A DNA stretch of 63,143 nucleotides, the filler included, from Reticulomyxa filosa (Eukaryota > Protista > Foraminifera): the NCBI GenBank assembly GCA_000512085.1. It is 9 parts of 9 records of this genome, joined end to end, with 100 filler letters (N's around TTAATTAATTAA, not from the genome) between each part and the next. Parts side by side here need not be neighbours in the genome. Positions count along the whole stretch, not along the records: positions 22,214 to 35,505 come from ASPP01018780.1; positions 35,606 to 41,489 come from ASPP01010648.1; 7 more parts are not named here. One strand, written 5' to 3'. The first letter of the stretch is position 1; the number at the start of each line of letters is the position of its first letter. The translations under genes were made by a program, and so were the position numbers. The notes beneath the pieces were generated by a model that saw only the letters and a list, made by a program, of their open reading frames with translations, searched no databases and was not told where the DNA came from. Shown piece after piece: positions 27,287 through 40,350 of this stretch.

Positions 27287-28634
27287 TCCTCCACAAAGAG
27301 AGCATTTTCTAATCCAAACAAAGTTCTTTTGACTTTTTTCAAAATCGAATAAAGATTTGATAGCCCGTTTATCTACTACAACCTTACCAAATAGTAGTTG
27401 GTTACTTTTGTTGTTTTCACGTATCGTGTTTTTCTTTTTTTGCATTGATAAGTCCCGTATCATTTCTTGCTTACCAACAAGTCGAAATAATTGACTGTTA
27501 AATTGTTCGTTCCATTGATCATAAGAATTTTTTCCAAGATAAACGTCAAAAAAAAAATGGTGCAGTACATAATATTTCATTTACATGGTCAGAGCTAAGT
27601 TAAACGTTTCGATCAAATTTGATCTGCTCAACTAGTAAACATCAAATAAGCAGCATTTTATTTCAATTGAGAAACAGATTCATTCAACTGTTACTAATTT
27701 TCTTTATATAATCCCATAAGGTATTTACCTTTATTATACTAAAACGCATAGAAAGATTCGAGTAATTATAAAAGTTAGTGTACAAAAATGGTGGATGTCC
27801 TATAAAGATAATCGATATTATTAGCAAAAAATTAATTCAATCCATTTAAACTATTTGTAAATCTTGTAGTTTTCAATCATTGTGATGTTATTTTATCTTT
27901 CAAAACCAATACAAAAATGGAATCTTTTACAGCATTTGTCTTATTTTCAAAAAACATTACTTCAAAAGAAGCTTACAGTCTTTGTAAGGATTCATTTTAA
28001 GCTTACTTTTTTTATGGTTTTTTTCTTTTTTCTCTTCATATAAGCATAAAACAAATAATTTTTCGTTGAGGAAATTACTTTTCTTTATAAAATGAAATTT
28101 TACATACTTTTTTTATTATCAACACTAAAAAGAAAAAGTCATGGGGTAAAGTAAATACGAGGACGTTATATCTGAATGTATTCACAAATATCGTTTTGAG
28201 TAAATCAGCCAAAATTGGGCTGTTATCCCAAGAATTAGTGCAATATTACACACAAAAAAAAAATGCTGTCAAATGAATACTTATGCAAAGCTCTCTTACA
28301 CATTGCATTCAAAGATCGTGTTGTAATATCGTCAAGACAGAGGCAACAGTATATGCATATGAAATTGTGTCCCTTCATGCGAATGAAATCCTTCAAAAGC
28401 TATACGTAAAATGGTTTGCGACTTAAAAACAAAGGAAAGCAAAAACCGCAACAATTGATAGGCGAAACAGTGAGATTTACCTCTCAAAAAAAAAAAAATT
28501 CATTTCGATTTCTTTTCCAATTTTTGCATGCAAAAGCAAGTTTTTTTGAATTTTTTTTTGCAAAGAGGGGGAAGGGGCATGTAATTTCTATTGACTGTTG
28601 TTTTGATCCAATTTGTGTAGGGTATTCAATGTAA

Positions 28635-29276
28635 TCATGCATTAAGTTGTTGCATGTGATGCAAAATTTTGTTACACTGATCGACAAACGATTTGTTCAT
28701 AACCAAGTATCTGTTTTGATGAGGCTCTTGCATTTCTTTGACAACAAAGTGAATGTAATAGATTTGCAAGCCCGTGGGAAAACAACACAAGTCCATAGGA
28801 TTGGAAGTGCTGATGCATTTCAACTCATTCAATTTGCATATTTTTGTGGTAAGAATTTGGTATTGAAATCCAAATAAACCCGCTTGTTTGTGCTCTAACA
28901 CCACTTCATTCGCGCCTCGATCAAACATTATTGTCTTCGGATAGTTCATTTCAATTACTCCGTGCATTACGTAGGGGACACACCCTCCCAATAAAAATAC
29001 CAACAAAACCGTAAGTAGTCCCAAGTCCATCAACACTATCAACAACACGGACAGTATGACGTACAACGTTGGTGTAATCACACATAGTTTCAAAAGCGTT
29101 TTGTTGTCGTTTTGCGTTCGCATTTCTGTTATTAACATCCGCAAACCATTGTTTTGTACTATTATGTTCGGTGATTGCATGCCGGCAAGTTGTGCTTGTC
29201 CATGCATAAACATTTGCATTTCTAGACCTCCTTGTGCCATCATTTCTTCAAGTACTGATCTATTTTCCATAAACAT
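28635..29276 (-). CDS. Hypothetical membrane protein, 213 aa
   Basis: ATG-initiated ORF with two adjacent hydrophobic segments followed by a soluble beta-rich region. Confidence 0.65.
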   Translation of the reverse strand: MFMENRSVLEEMMAQGGLEMQMFMHGQAQLAGMQSPNIIVQNNGLRMLITEMRTQNDNKTLLKLCVITPTLYVILSVLLIVLMDLGLLTVLLVFLLGGCVPYVMHGVIEMNYPKTIMFDRGANEVVLEHKQAGLFGFQYQILTTKICKLNELKCISTSNPMDLCCFPTGLQIYYIHFVVKEMQEPHQNRYLVMNKSFVDQCNKILHHMQQLNA

Positions 29277-29925
29277 TGGCCGTTTTTAATACAAACAACG
29301 ACAAGTCAAGCTTACTGATGAAACCATTTAGCTTTTTTTTTCTAGTCGTTTAGACTCTGGTAGTTGAAGTAAAATAAATTTAGTTGATAACTAAATCAAC
29401 GTGGCATTGTTTAGCTTTTTACTCCTGCAGCAAAAGTGATACATGCCATGCACATTTCACTTGAGCAGACGTTTGCTTTTTGTAATATACTTTTTGGCAC
29501 AAATTAAAAATGTCATTTAGAGAACACAAAACGTTTAAATGTATAACTTGAATGTTTATAATGATCATACAAAATTTACATCACCCAGAAAGGTAATATC
29601 AGAACATGACATACACTTTTTTTTTATTCAATGGAATAATCATATAAAAAATTTAATACAAGGCTTTAAGTAAGTAAAATAAAAATAAATTGTAAAGTAT
29701 CTTTGCTGCTTTCTATCGTACTTTGCGTTTACTGTTATGGCCTTTGTGTAGCTGTTGAAGTACTTAGAACAAGAGAGGCACTAGGAATAGCAAATTGATA
29801 AAAATAAGTCGTTTAGATAACTGGAATTTCGGCAGAATATATCGTGGTTCGTACCTAAAAAAGTTTTAACTTAGAGGAGAATTTCCAGCTAGCATTGATT
29901 CCTTTGTGCGATCAAATTCAAGGAC

Positions 29926-30934
29926 ATGGTTGGTTTTGTCTATATTCATTCTCTGTTCACTTTTGCATAAGAAACGCCACAATTGTGATTAAACACACCA
30001 TCTTCAGCCGCCAAAAAAAGAACAAAAGACAAAAGAACAAAAATTAGCCGCAGCCTTAGCCGGTGGTCGACGAAGTAAAAAAAGGGTAAATTAAAAAAAC
30101 CGCACTTTATTTTTTTTCTTGCGTTTGTGCGTAAAAAAAAGCAAATAAAAATAAAAAAAGAAATGGGCGAAAGGCAAAGTTAGAGAAAAGAAAGATAACA
30201 GTGTGATCTTCTTTGAAGAATCATATGAATCAGCAATGAAAGAAGTCCCAAAAATGAAAACAGTGACAGTAGCCACAGTGAGTGAAAAATTGAAAATTAC
30301 AGGATCTTTGGCACGACGATTTATTTTAAAATTGGCCAAAGATGGTCATCTTATAAAAAAATATGATGGACAAAAAATGTTGATTTACACAAAATTGCCC
30401 AAAACAAAAGAGGATGTAAAAGAAGTAAAAGGAAAGGGCAAAGGTGGTAAAGACAAAGGCAAAGATAAGGACAAAGGCAAAGATAAGGACAAAGATCAAG
30501 AAATGAAAGACAAAGACACAAAAGGAGGCAAAGACAAAGGTGGAAAAGATAAAGGCGGAAAAGACAAAGAAGCAAAAGGTGGAAAAGATAAGGAGGCAAA
30601 AGGTGGAAAAGATAAAGAGGCAAAAGGTGGAAAGGATAAAGAAACCAAAGGCGGAAAGGGCGATGAGGCAAAAGAAGCCAAAGACAAAAGCAAAGGCGGA
30701 AAGGAAAAACCACCCAAAGAAGCCAAAGATAAAGAGGCGAAAGGTGGAAAAGAAAAAGAGCCCAAAGCAGGAAAAGAAAAGGAAACCAAAGGCGGTGCTG
30801 AGAAAGAAGCAAAACCTAAAGGAGGCCAGGAAAAAGGAGGACAAGAGAAAGGAGGACAAGAGAAAGCACCAAAAGAAAAACAACCTAAACAACAAAAAGA
30901 AAAATCAAAAGACGCTTCGAAACAAACTGAATAA
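29926..30934 (+). CDS. RPS25: 40S ribosomal protein eS25 with long K/D/E/G-rich C-terminal extension (3 exons, ~284 aa)
   Basis: ATG|intron|PPKKEQKTKEQKLAAALAGGRRSKKR|KWAKGKVREK..KEVPKMKTVTVATVSEKLKITGSLARR..IYTK; exons 29926-29928, 30008-30085, 30161-30934. Confidence 0.93.
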
Positions 30935-32116
30935 TTTGCTTTTGAAATCATGTGAGTTAATTGAGATCCCAGAAATTGTGACGATCTCTTCGTGTTTTTC
31001 AAGTTTGAAATTTCTGACAATTCAACTTTAGAAAATGAAATCATTCACATTTTTTAATAAAAAATCATACCTCTTAGGTCAAAGTAACAAAAATTACGTC
31101 GGAACGATGTAAAAACGTAACATTAGAAAAATAAGTATATGACAAGTACTCACAAGAAAAAAGTACTATAGACTACTTTTGAATTTTCTTTTTAAACAAA
31201 AAAAAGAAATAGTAATTTTGTCATAAAATATAGCAAAAATTGACAATAAATAATTAATATTTTTCCAAATATAAGCTATTTATTATTTGACAAGATCACA
31301 ACACGCAATAACAGCAGTATATTTGTCTCTAGTAAGCAAAGGAAAGTTCTGTCTGAACTTAGGAATTTCTTTTTCATCAGCTTTGTTCTTTATTTCGTAT
31401 TACACTTTACACTGTCTTTTTCGTGATAGTCCTTTCCACGCGTTAAAAACTTTTTTTAGTTTTCGTCGTAGACACAAAAACATATCAAAAGTAACAGATA
31501 TATTTGCGTTTTCGTTTGGTAATTGTTGTGCCAATACTTAAACGCTAACAATTTATGTGCATTGAGTAGTTTATTGTTGACCATTTTAGTGACTAGAAGA
31601 CGTCCATAAAATAAACTTAAAGAAAGATACACCAGCATTGCCTGAGCCAACGTATAAAAAAAAAAATACCCAACAAGCAAATCAGAAAAATTAGAAATTC
31701 AAAACGGCGAAAAAAAACGCTAATAGCAAGGACTCAATGGATAGCAAAAAACGATGAAAGAGTGGCCCTCGTATTCAGTTGTATTTTGATAAAAAAAAGG
31801 TTTGACTCCAGCTACCAAGAAAAATGTAGAGCTGTTGTTTACTCCAGAGGGCGTGCCAAAGACAACTCTTGGAAGATATACGTTTTCTCTGGACATAGGA
31901 ACTTTAAAAAGTTGGTGATGTATTTTTAAATGTGGCGTTGATCATTAAGGCAGTTCCATTTTTCTTCTCTCTCATCGTGAGGTGTTCTCACACATATATA
32001 TGTATGTGTATATATATGCAGTATTGAGCCACGTGTTTCTCTGTCTTCATTTTGTGCACAGGACCACAATAAATGCTTTGTCATATTCCAACTCCAAGCA
32101 CACGTTATTTCGAAGT

Positions 32117-32755
32117 TTATGTCAATGCGAGACAATAGGAAGGAGAAAACTTGCGTACCCTCACATTGACGTTTTGCATATATTGATAAGGCACAAAGTG
32201 GTCGTTCGAGTTTGGAGTGTGCAAGACAAACAAGTCCGAGTTGGAGCCTGACACAGTGGTGTCAATCACTCCATAGCTTTTCGTGTCAATCGTAAAGACA
32301 ATTTTTTTGATGCAGTTGCTACGTATAAGTTCAAAACAGTGCTGACATGGAGCCGCATTGGCAATAGTCCCGTCCGACTTTTTTACTCTGGCAATATAAA
32401 TAGTGCTGCCACTTAATAAGGATTTGAAGTGCTTTTGAGCTTTTGCTTTGTTAATACAATCATACTCTGCATGAATAGACTTGCACTTGAAATCATGCAA
32501 TCGTTTTCGGTCACTCACCATACAAAAGCGTCCACTGAAACTTCGATTGTATCCAACTGATAACAGTTTTTTTGATGGCTCACAACGCAAAGTAGCGCAT
32601 AAGTAATATGCACAAAATTCATCATATTTGTGCTGACCGATGGAGTTCAGTGTGTGACGCAAATACTTCTGCATCAAACAAACGCAAATTTTCTCGATCT
32701 TTTTCCTTTGGTATTCCCGCAACCTTTCTAGCCAACTTGTTGAAATTTCCGTCAC
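32117..32755 (-). CDS. Zinc-dependent cytidine/dCMP deaminase-fold protein (first ATG at 32674)
   Basis: VGYN, SIHAE, IYIAR, APCQHC, IKKIVFT: full HxE + PCxxC zinc motif. Confidence 0.85.
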   Translation of the reverse strand: MTEISTSWLERLREYQRKKIEKICVCLMQKYLRHTLNSIGQHKYDEFCAYYLCATLRCEPSKKLLSVGYNRSFSGRFCMVSDRKRLHDFKCKSIHAEYDCINKAKAQKHFKSLLSGSTIYIARVKKSDGTIANAAPCQHCFELIRSNCIKKIVFTIDTKSYGVIDTTVSGSNSDLFVLHTPNSNDHFVPYQYMQNVNVRVRKFSPSYCLALT

Positions 32756-33283
32756 TTTCGGACAATTTGCCTTTTCTGATCTTGATTTTTAGCGCCACGT
32801 CTCTTATATACCCGATGTTTTGCCTGTCAAGGAAGCGACGTAAGATTAATCCGTTCGTGAACAATTTTTTAACAAAAAAGAACGGAGCAGGTTAGCAAAC
32901 CTATTTTTTTTTTTTTTGGTTTAACAAGCTTAAAGGCTTGCATACAAAATGAAAATAAAGCAATTTCAAGATAGCAAATAACACAACTTATAAAAAGACA
33001 AGCAACGTGGCGTATATGTAACAAAAAATTCTTTCACTGTACAGAAGATGTTCTTCAAAATAGACAAAACTGAGTTCGTGTGACAATACTAAAAATGAAA
33101 TTAAAATAAGATTTTGTTTTATGTTTTACCAAAACCACAATCTTTGTAAATTCTGTTTTAGGTTCATTGTAACAAAGTATTTTTTGTTGTTTGCTAGAAT
33201 AAGGTGACCCCATCTTTGGTTTTTGTAAAAAAAAAATTTGTTGGACTTGAAAGAGATTCATTTGTTTCCAGGAGTGACAGAAA

Positions 33284-34407
33284 ATGGCCCAACCATTGAA
33301 AATTCAAAAGACACAAAAAACGCAATCGGCAGTGTCTCAGGTTAGAACCGGGTCACGTTTTGCATTTTTGCGAAATATTTTTTGATAGAAGTGCACTACA
33401 AAAAAATTTGAAGAGAGGGGGGGAGGGAAAGGGGACAACTAGAAAGAAAAAAGTTTTTTTTGAATCGCAATGTTAATGATCATTGTTGTATATTTATTCT
33501 TGCAAAGAAACCACGCACAAAAAAAAAAAATTGGTTGGTTTGCTACTCAAAACACAGTCTATTCCAGCCGAGTTTTACAGACACTATGTGCCACCGGCTC
33601 CAGTAATTAAGTCGAAAGGCGAAGGCGAAAAGCTCACACAAATAACAATCGGAGATGTTGATGCCTTACAACCAACCGACACCAAGACGACAGGCCCATC
33701 GACGACAACAGCACCAGTGTCAAGATCACTAATGAGTGGAATGTACGGAGCGTCCTTGACAGGACGAAAAGTAGCCACGACAAATTCTGTCTTGTCTTCC
33801 AACAATACCGACGAATCGTATGTTTTTTTTGTGTGCTTGTTTATGCTCTTATATATACACATTATATATGTCACATATGTATATGTATATGTATATATCT
33901 ATATTTTTTTTTTTGTGTCCAAAAAACTGAAAAAAAGGGGAAAGATATTATATATGTTCAGATTTTAAAAAATTGTATTTTTTTTCATTTGGTTTGGCGT
34001 ATATTATATTCACAATAAATATGTGTAAATAAACGTAAATATAAAGCAAAAAGCAAAGTGATCAAAAAGAGGTGGATGTGGATACGAACACACAACGTAA
34101 CACAATAAGCACGACAACCAACCAAAAAACGACAGTAGGTTCTTTTACGTGCTTTCAATTGATGGGTGGCCGCAGTACGTTCGTGCCCAAAGCGGTGACT
34201 GCCAGTGCAATAGCACATCCTCGGTTCGCGAAAACTGGAAGCGAACAAATTCCCAATTCAAAAACAGAGACTGTGAAAGCCAAAAACAATAAAGCAGAGG
34301 AAGAGGACAATCCTGATGAGGATGATGAAGATCAAATGAAAGCTGTTGAGGAAGACATCGAACAGTTTGCCTTGGAAAGCGACGGAGAAAATGAAGAGTC
34401 AGATTAA
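33284..34407 (+). CDS. Hypothetical low-complexity protein with acidic C-terminus (3 exons)
   Basis: MAQPLKIQKTQKTQSAVSQ|SIPAEFYRHYVPPAP..|..EEEDNPDEDDED..; frames join through GT-AG introns. Confidence 0.6.
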
Positions 34408-35605
34408 TAAAACAAAACATAAAATAAAATAAAACGCAACAAAATAATTCAAATAAAAACAAAACAACAAAAAAAAAAAAAAAAAGTAAAGGATTTGAAA
34501 AAGTATAAACACATGTCAACACACATGCAATCAAAACTAAATCCTATCAAAAGTACGCAACAATTAAACAATAAAAATATATCACAAAGGAGGGGGGAGT
34601 GGAGGATGTGAACAGGGAATACAGAGGGCAAAGAGGCAGGAAAAGTCGGAGAAAAAACCATTGCATATGTTGGGCTTTTTCTCAGTTTTTTTTCTTCTTC
34701 ATCAGTTGATGCACACCACTTTTGTCAAACATAATGATTAACAAAATCTATCATGATCATCGATTAGCATACAAATATGTGCATCCATTTGGGTTTTTTT
34801 TCCCCTCCTCTCCCCTCGTGCTTTGTGTTGAATTTGTGTTTAAGTTATATGTTCATTTTTCAATTTTGTAGCTTGGATAAACATTTGTGACCTTTCTGTC
34901 TTTTATTTCCATTTTGTTTTTTTTGTTTTTGTTTTCCTTACATATTTAAGGTTACAATAAGAGCAAAAACATGTTGGATATTGTTTGAATCACTGACGGA
35001 TTTTTGTTGTTAATTGATTGCTAGTTGGCGCTTCAAAAACTAAACCCTATTTTTCGTTGGATGAATTATGATTGCTGTGTCCATTTTTATTTCTTTTTCC
35101 CCCTATTTTTTTATATTCTCTTTTTGATGAGTAAAAGAAGTTTCAATTTTGTAATACTTACTTCACATACACAATGTCTTGTATTTTATGAGTTTTTTTG
35201 CTTTTTTTTATTATTATTCCGTTGGCAAACTTTGTTTTGATTGATTTTTTTTCGCTGCCTTTGAGAAACAATCCGAGTTAAAAAAACATAAGACAATGAC
35301 CTGCTTTAAGAAAAATGCAATACGTGCAAAGGAAAAAAAAAAAGCCCTAAAAGTCGGCATTTGCATTAGTTAATCAACCACCAACTTGTTCCACAAATAG
35401 CGCACCATCTAATACTCTTTTTTCAAGAGGAATATCATGTTTTATCCAATCTTCAATTTGGGACATGAACTTAGTTGGAACCGAAAGGGTTTGAATTCCG
35501 GGTTTNNNNNNNNNNNNNNNNNNNNNNNNNNNNNNNNNNNNNNNNNNNNTTAATTAATTAANNNNNNNNNNNNNNNNNNNNNNNNNNNNNNNNNNNNNNN
35601 NNNNN

Positions 35606-36987
35606 GAGGATGCATGAAATTGAAACAACAAAAAAAAAAAAAAAAAAAATAACCATGAAAGACATATAAATTGCATCGACGGGCTGATAGTGAGATAGTG
35701 GAACATTCGATGAAAGCGAATGAAAAGAAGGACAGGACTTTTTCTCTTCGCACTCTACGTGAATATGATTACGATAGTAAGTACGGCAACGTCCATTGCT
35801 ACGAACAAGAGTGTTGGAACTCGAATTTAATCTCGCAAGTTTGGAAAGAGGATAAAGACGTGATAATGAGGAACTCGACAAAAATGCCAAGGAATGTTCT
35901 TTTTTTTTTTTTTCTTTTGTTCGTTCTGCTCTTGTTCCTGTTCTTTTTCTTGTTGTTTCTGTCCTTGTTCATGTTCTTGTTCTTGTTCTTTTCTTTTTCT
36001 TTCTCCTCTTTGTCATTGTCATAAGCACTACTGTTTCCACTGCAACTACGATGAGCACCATAAGGGTAGGTCATGTAACTACTCTTGCACACTGGCGACT
36101 CCATGCCAATGAACATTGGCATCTCTGTCTTGCCACTGTCAATTTTCCTTTCGTTTTCATGCTTTTCACTCTGCACACATACACACACACACACGGAAAA
36201 AAGAAACAAAAAAAAAAAAAAAGTATTGAAGCAACATGTATAAGCTGTGTACACAATGCCAGGAATGAAATGCAAAAAGGAAAACACACAATGGTTGAAA
36301 TCAGACATTGGTAATCAGGGGTCGTCATTTTCGTCTTTAGCCTGCTTGAACTTGAGTGTGGCGATACGTCGGATTGTAATGAGTGCAACGACGATAATCG
36401 CCCCCATTTGTCACTGCTATCATGCCAATTCTTTTCATTGTTTTGCTCTGCTTCCTTTGCTTTGGATTTCATTTTTATTGGACTTATTTCGTATTCCTCT
36501 CTTTTTATTCGTTTTCTATCTCTCTTTTCTTCTTTTTCTTTTTCTTTTTCTTTTTCTTTTTCTTTTTCTTTTTCTTCTTCTTCTATTACTACTTCTTTTT
36601 TTCCTTTTTGTGGTTGTTTCTGCTTTAATCGAGTCTTTTGCAACTTTCGTAAGGCTTTGCGAAAATACAAGCGATGTCGCAATGATTTCAGTTTCAACTT
36701 TCTACACAAGTCTTCTTCCGTCAGTGACCACAGCAATTTTCCGTCCATTTTTTTTTTCTTAAAGTTTTTGGCTTTCTCTTTCAGCTTACCATTTTCGCAA
36801 TGTAACACCCACTGATACACTTGTTCTGTATTCCATTCCTCTAATGTTGTCTTTTTTTTTTTTCATTTTGACAATGTGCACACCAAGTCTTTTTGAGAGG
36901 AAAAAACTCAACTGTGTCAAGACTGTATTTTTTTACAAATACATCTTGTTCAAAAGGAGAGCCACCAATGCTTCCACAACCACCCAT
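35606..36987 (-). CDS. SAM-domain protein with possible N-terminal lipidation motif; 3' end uncertain
   Basis: 'WNTEQVYQWV..FKKKKMDGKLLWSLTEEDL..LKLKSLRHRLYFRKALRKL' is a SAM signature; upstream exon starts MGGCGS; EK repeat follows. Confidence 0.7.
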
Positions 36988-37548
36988 TATTCCGTCCTCA
37001 GCGCTGCAATGGCTCAAAGCGCTCAATCTACACAAAAATATTATCAGAAGGGTCTCTTTTTTTGTTTTTCTTGCAAAACATCAGCTTTGAGAGGTTGATA
37101 TTTTTTAGGTCCCAACATCTATATGTCAAGCCTAAAGTAAGTTTTAAAAATATTTTTTAATAAAACCTTCCTTTTGTACATTTTTGATAGTTTGTAAAAA
37201 ATATTGGACACCAAAAATGCTACCTTATGAAAATGATCAGCATTTCAAAAAGGAAATAATAAATTGGTTGAACTGCAAACTAGGTATATTCAGTTTATAG
37301 TCCGATGTTTTATGTTTACAATAATTATATACACTATATGCAATCGATTCTATTAACAAAATCAGTGCAACAACTAGCATCTTGATACAATAAAACAACT
37401 TTTTGCTAACGCGTTTCAACATAAGCATCAACAGAACAAGTTCTTTTGAACGTGAACTTTCACAAATGACTACTGAAGACAGTGTTTTTTGGTGGTGAAT
37501 ATAGATGCACAAACAAGAAAGCATTGCTAAAATGAAAGTATTAATCAC

Positions 37549-38630
37549 TTATTTACACGTTTGGAAGCCAAACAAAAATGTGCTTAAGTTAATATCGCTG
37601 ACTTTACAGTTGGTTGGCTTGCACCGTTTCACCATGCACAAGTTGGCCGCTTGTTTGTACTGAATCAATTCGTTCATGTATTTCATTGCTTTTTTCCCAT
37701 TTGTTATAGACTGCTCTAAAACGTTGACTTTTTTCTAATTTCTTTTTTATTTATTTATTTCATTGTCGAGAAGAAGATTGAAAGTAAAACAAAAACTAAC
37801 TGCTTTTGCAATTTTCACATTTCTTTGTTTTTTTTCACATTTGCTTTGCAAAAGCCTCAAATTATGAGCTCTTTCTGCCATGTGTTGATCTCTCTTTTTT
37901 TCAAGTCACAACAAGAATTATGTTTGGTATAATGCAATGAAAATAACATAAACTGCTAGTTCTTCAGGAGTTGGATCAAATGTAATTGCAAGGGATGGCA
38001 AAAATAAAGAAATTCCTTTAACGGTTGGACATTGGTTTGTCCGTTTGGTCTGTAAGACAAAAACAAGTAAATATCAACTGATCACTCGAATTTTGTAATA
38101 CACTTAAATTAAACTTTTGAGTCTAAAAGAGAATAAAAAATATGCAAGTGATCCTTGAATTTGTGAGCTGGTATTTTATGAAAATTCCGAACAAATTCAT
38201 CCATGTTGATTTTTTTATTACTATCTTCTGTCAGCTGTGCTGCAAACTCTAAAATTTCACGATAATAAGGACTCGATGTTTTTTCAAGAAAATTGCGGAG
38301 ATCTTGTGATGTTTCCCAAAGTTGCTTTATTTATTTATTTAACTTGTTTTCACTCTATGAAGAGTTAAATATTAATTCAGTTACCATTTTTTTGACGACT
38401 TGAACATTTTTCTGTGAACCAAACGACGGGGGTTGAAACACAGACGAATTTTTCGAAATATTTTGCATATTACTTCACTTTACTATGAATGATCTCTTGA
38501 AGAAAACTTTAACAAAACCTTTTTTAAAAAACAGCGTCTAAACGGCCAAATTCGAAAAAAATTTCATACTGAGCATATTCTGTCTCTTACTTTTCTTCTT
38601 GCGTTCCAACCAATTTAGCTTTACGTCTAC
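37549..38630 (-). CDS. Multi-exon hypothetical gene missed by the ORF track
   Basis: Short open exons bounded by AG/GT: 'QLWETSQDLRNFLEK..', 'RDQHMAERAHNLRLLQ..', 'KKVNVLEQSITNGKKAMKY..FQTCK*'; 5' end unresolved. Confidence 0.4.
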
Positions 38631-39300
38631 AACAAAAATACTAAAGTCAATCTTGGAAATAATTGAAATTTTTCCAAGGGCCAATTCTGTTGTATTAAAT
38701 CAAAAAAAACGTTTTGCAAATTTTAGTTCTTGAAGATACTGAGCACGCACAATGGTAATCCAAAGAAGGTAAACATTACCAAAATTGATAAACTTTAATT
38801 TTTGAAAATAATCAATCAAAGAAATATTATTTTTAGGTTTGCTAAAAAGTGTTTAAATGTAATAGCAAAAAAATAAAAAATCAATGTTGTTTTGTTTATT
38901 ATATGAGGAATAAGGTACGTTTAAATCTAATGTGAGTGTTTGTAATCTCAAAAAAAAACAAAAAGTAAATTAAAAAAAAGACAAAGCAAAAAAACTAAAA
39001 GACGACAAGGTTTGTGTAAAAAAAAAAAACGTTTATGGTCTGTGAGTTGCAAATGAATTGAATATTGTATGATTACCACAACAAAGAAACCTTGAAATCC
39101 AATCAATGTTTCCAAGAGATAATTTTGGACACCACAGGAGGAAAATAGATTTTCTTTTGATAAAGTAAATGTAGGATCCCAAAGATTTTGTTAATTGTTG
39201 TTCTCGAAAGAAAAGAAAGGAAAAGAAAAAGAAAACGCAAAAAAAAAAATGGTCTATGCAACTGAAGTGAGTAACAAGACACGACCAAAAGTTTGAGAGA

Positions 39301-40299
39301 TCAATCTTCAATATCTTCGTGATTTTTTAACTCTCCAAATACAAATTCACCGTAAACGTCATCGTTGTAATTATCATTTTCATTGGCATTGGTATTGACA
39401 TTGCCCTGATCACGCTGACTGTCCTGGACGGTCTCGTCGTCATTCAACAGATCGATAGGATTGAACCCTGAGGAATTTGTTTTCTTTGCCCCGAGCAATT
39501 TTTTGTTGACAAGCTCGTAGTTAATTTGAGTCTGTGGAAATCTGCGTCGCACCTTTGAGTTAATGACACTCAAGGCACTGTTGTCATTGGCAGACAAAGG
39601 ATTGCCATTTGCGTCAATGTCCCCCTCCAAGCGTCTTTTTTTCGCACGAAGATTTTGAAGCTTTTGTTCGTTTGCAAAGCGTTGTTCCAGTTTGTCTTTT
39701 AACATTTTCCAATTGGGATTCAATTGTCGGAATAAGTCCTCTTTCAATTTCCTTTCATTATTGGACAATATCATTTGATTAACCTCCTCGTCCGAGACAT
39801 CGCTTAGATTATCGAATAAGTTTTCATCGGTGAGTGTTTTGTGCTGCGCGTCTTTGTCTTTTGCGTCTGGCATCGGTTTGCTACTTGGATGTTGAAAGGA
39901 TTCCTCCAAGGGTTGGGCTTGGACTTGGACTTGGAATTGATATTCACTTTCGTAGGGAAGCAACTGCGATCCCATATAATCGATGACATTGTTGAAGTCC
40001 TCTTTGATGTGCGCATTGTTTTTATCGATATCGATTTCCTCGATGTTGTCATCAAACCGATGCTGTTCTCAAATAGGTCTGTTTCGTCCTTTGTCTCTTC
40101 CGTCCCCCCTGTTTTTTGTTCGGTTTCGATTTCTATTGTCGCTTCCGAGTTTTTTTTCTTTTCTTTTTCCTTTTCTTTTTCTGCTTCTATTTCTTTTTCC
40201 TTTTCCTTTTTTTCTTTTTCCAAATTTTTGAGAAAAGCAGGTGGAGCAGATTCTCTGTTCCAGTAATCTTTTTTCTTTTTTTAAAAAACAGTCAAACAT

Positions 40300-40350
<51 letters not shown>

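Noticed and set aside
30326-31044. Long antisense and alternate-frame ORFs over RPS25, and similar ones over 14938-16397, 36247-36815, 43508-44479, 50580-51689
   Set aside because: Shadows of real genes or low-complexity repeats
31456-31920. Hydrophobic minus-strand ORF (nad4L-like) or interrupted plus-strand frame
   Set aside because: Needs several frame changes or stops and has no diagnostic motif
35470-35505. tRNA B-box-like GGTTTGAATTCC at contig end
   Set aside because: No cloverleaf can be built from the upstream sequence
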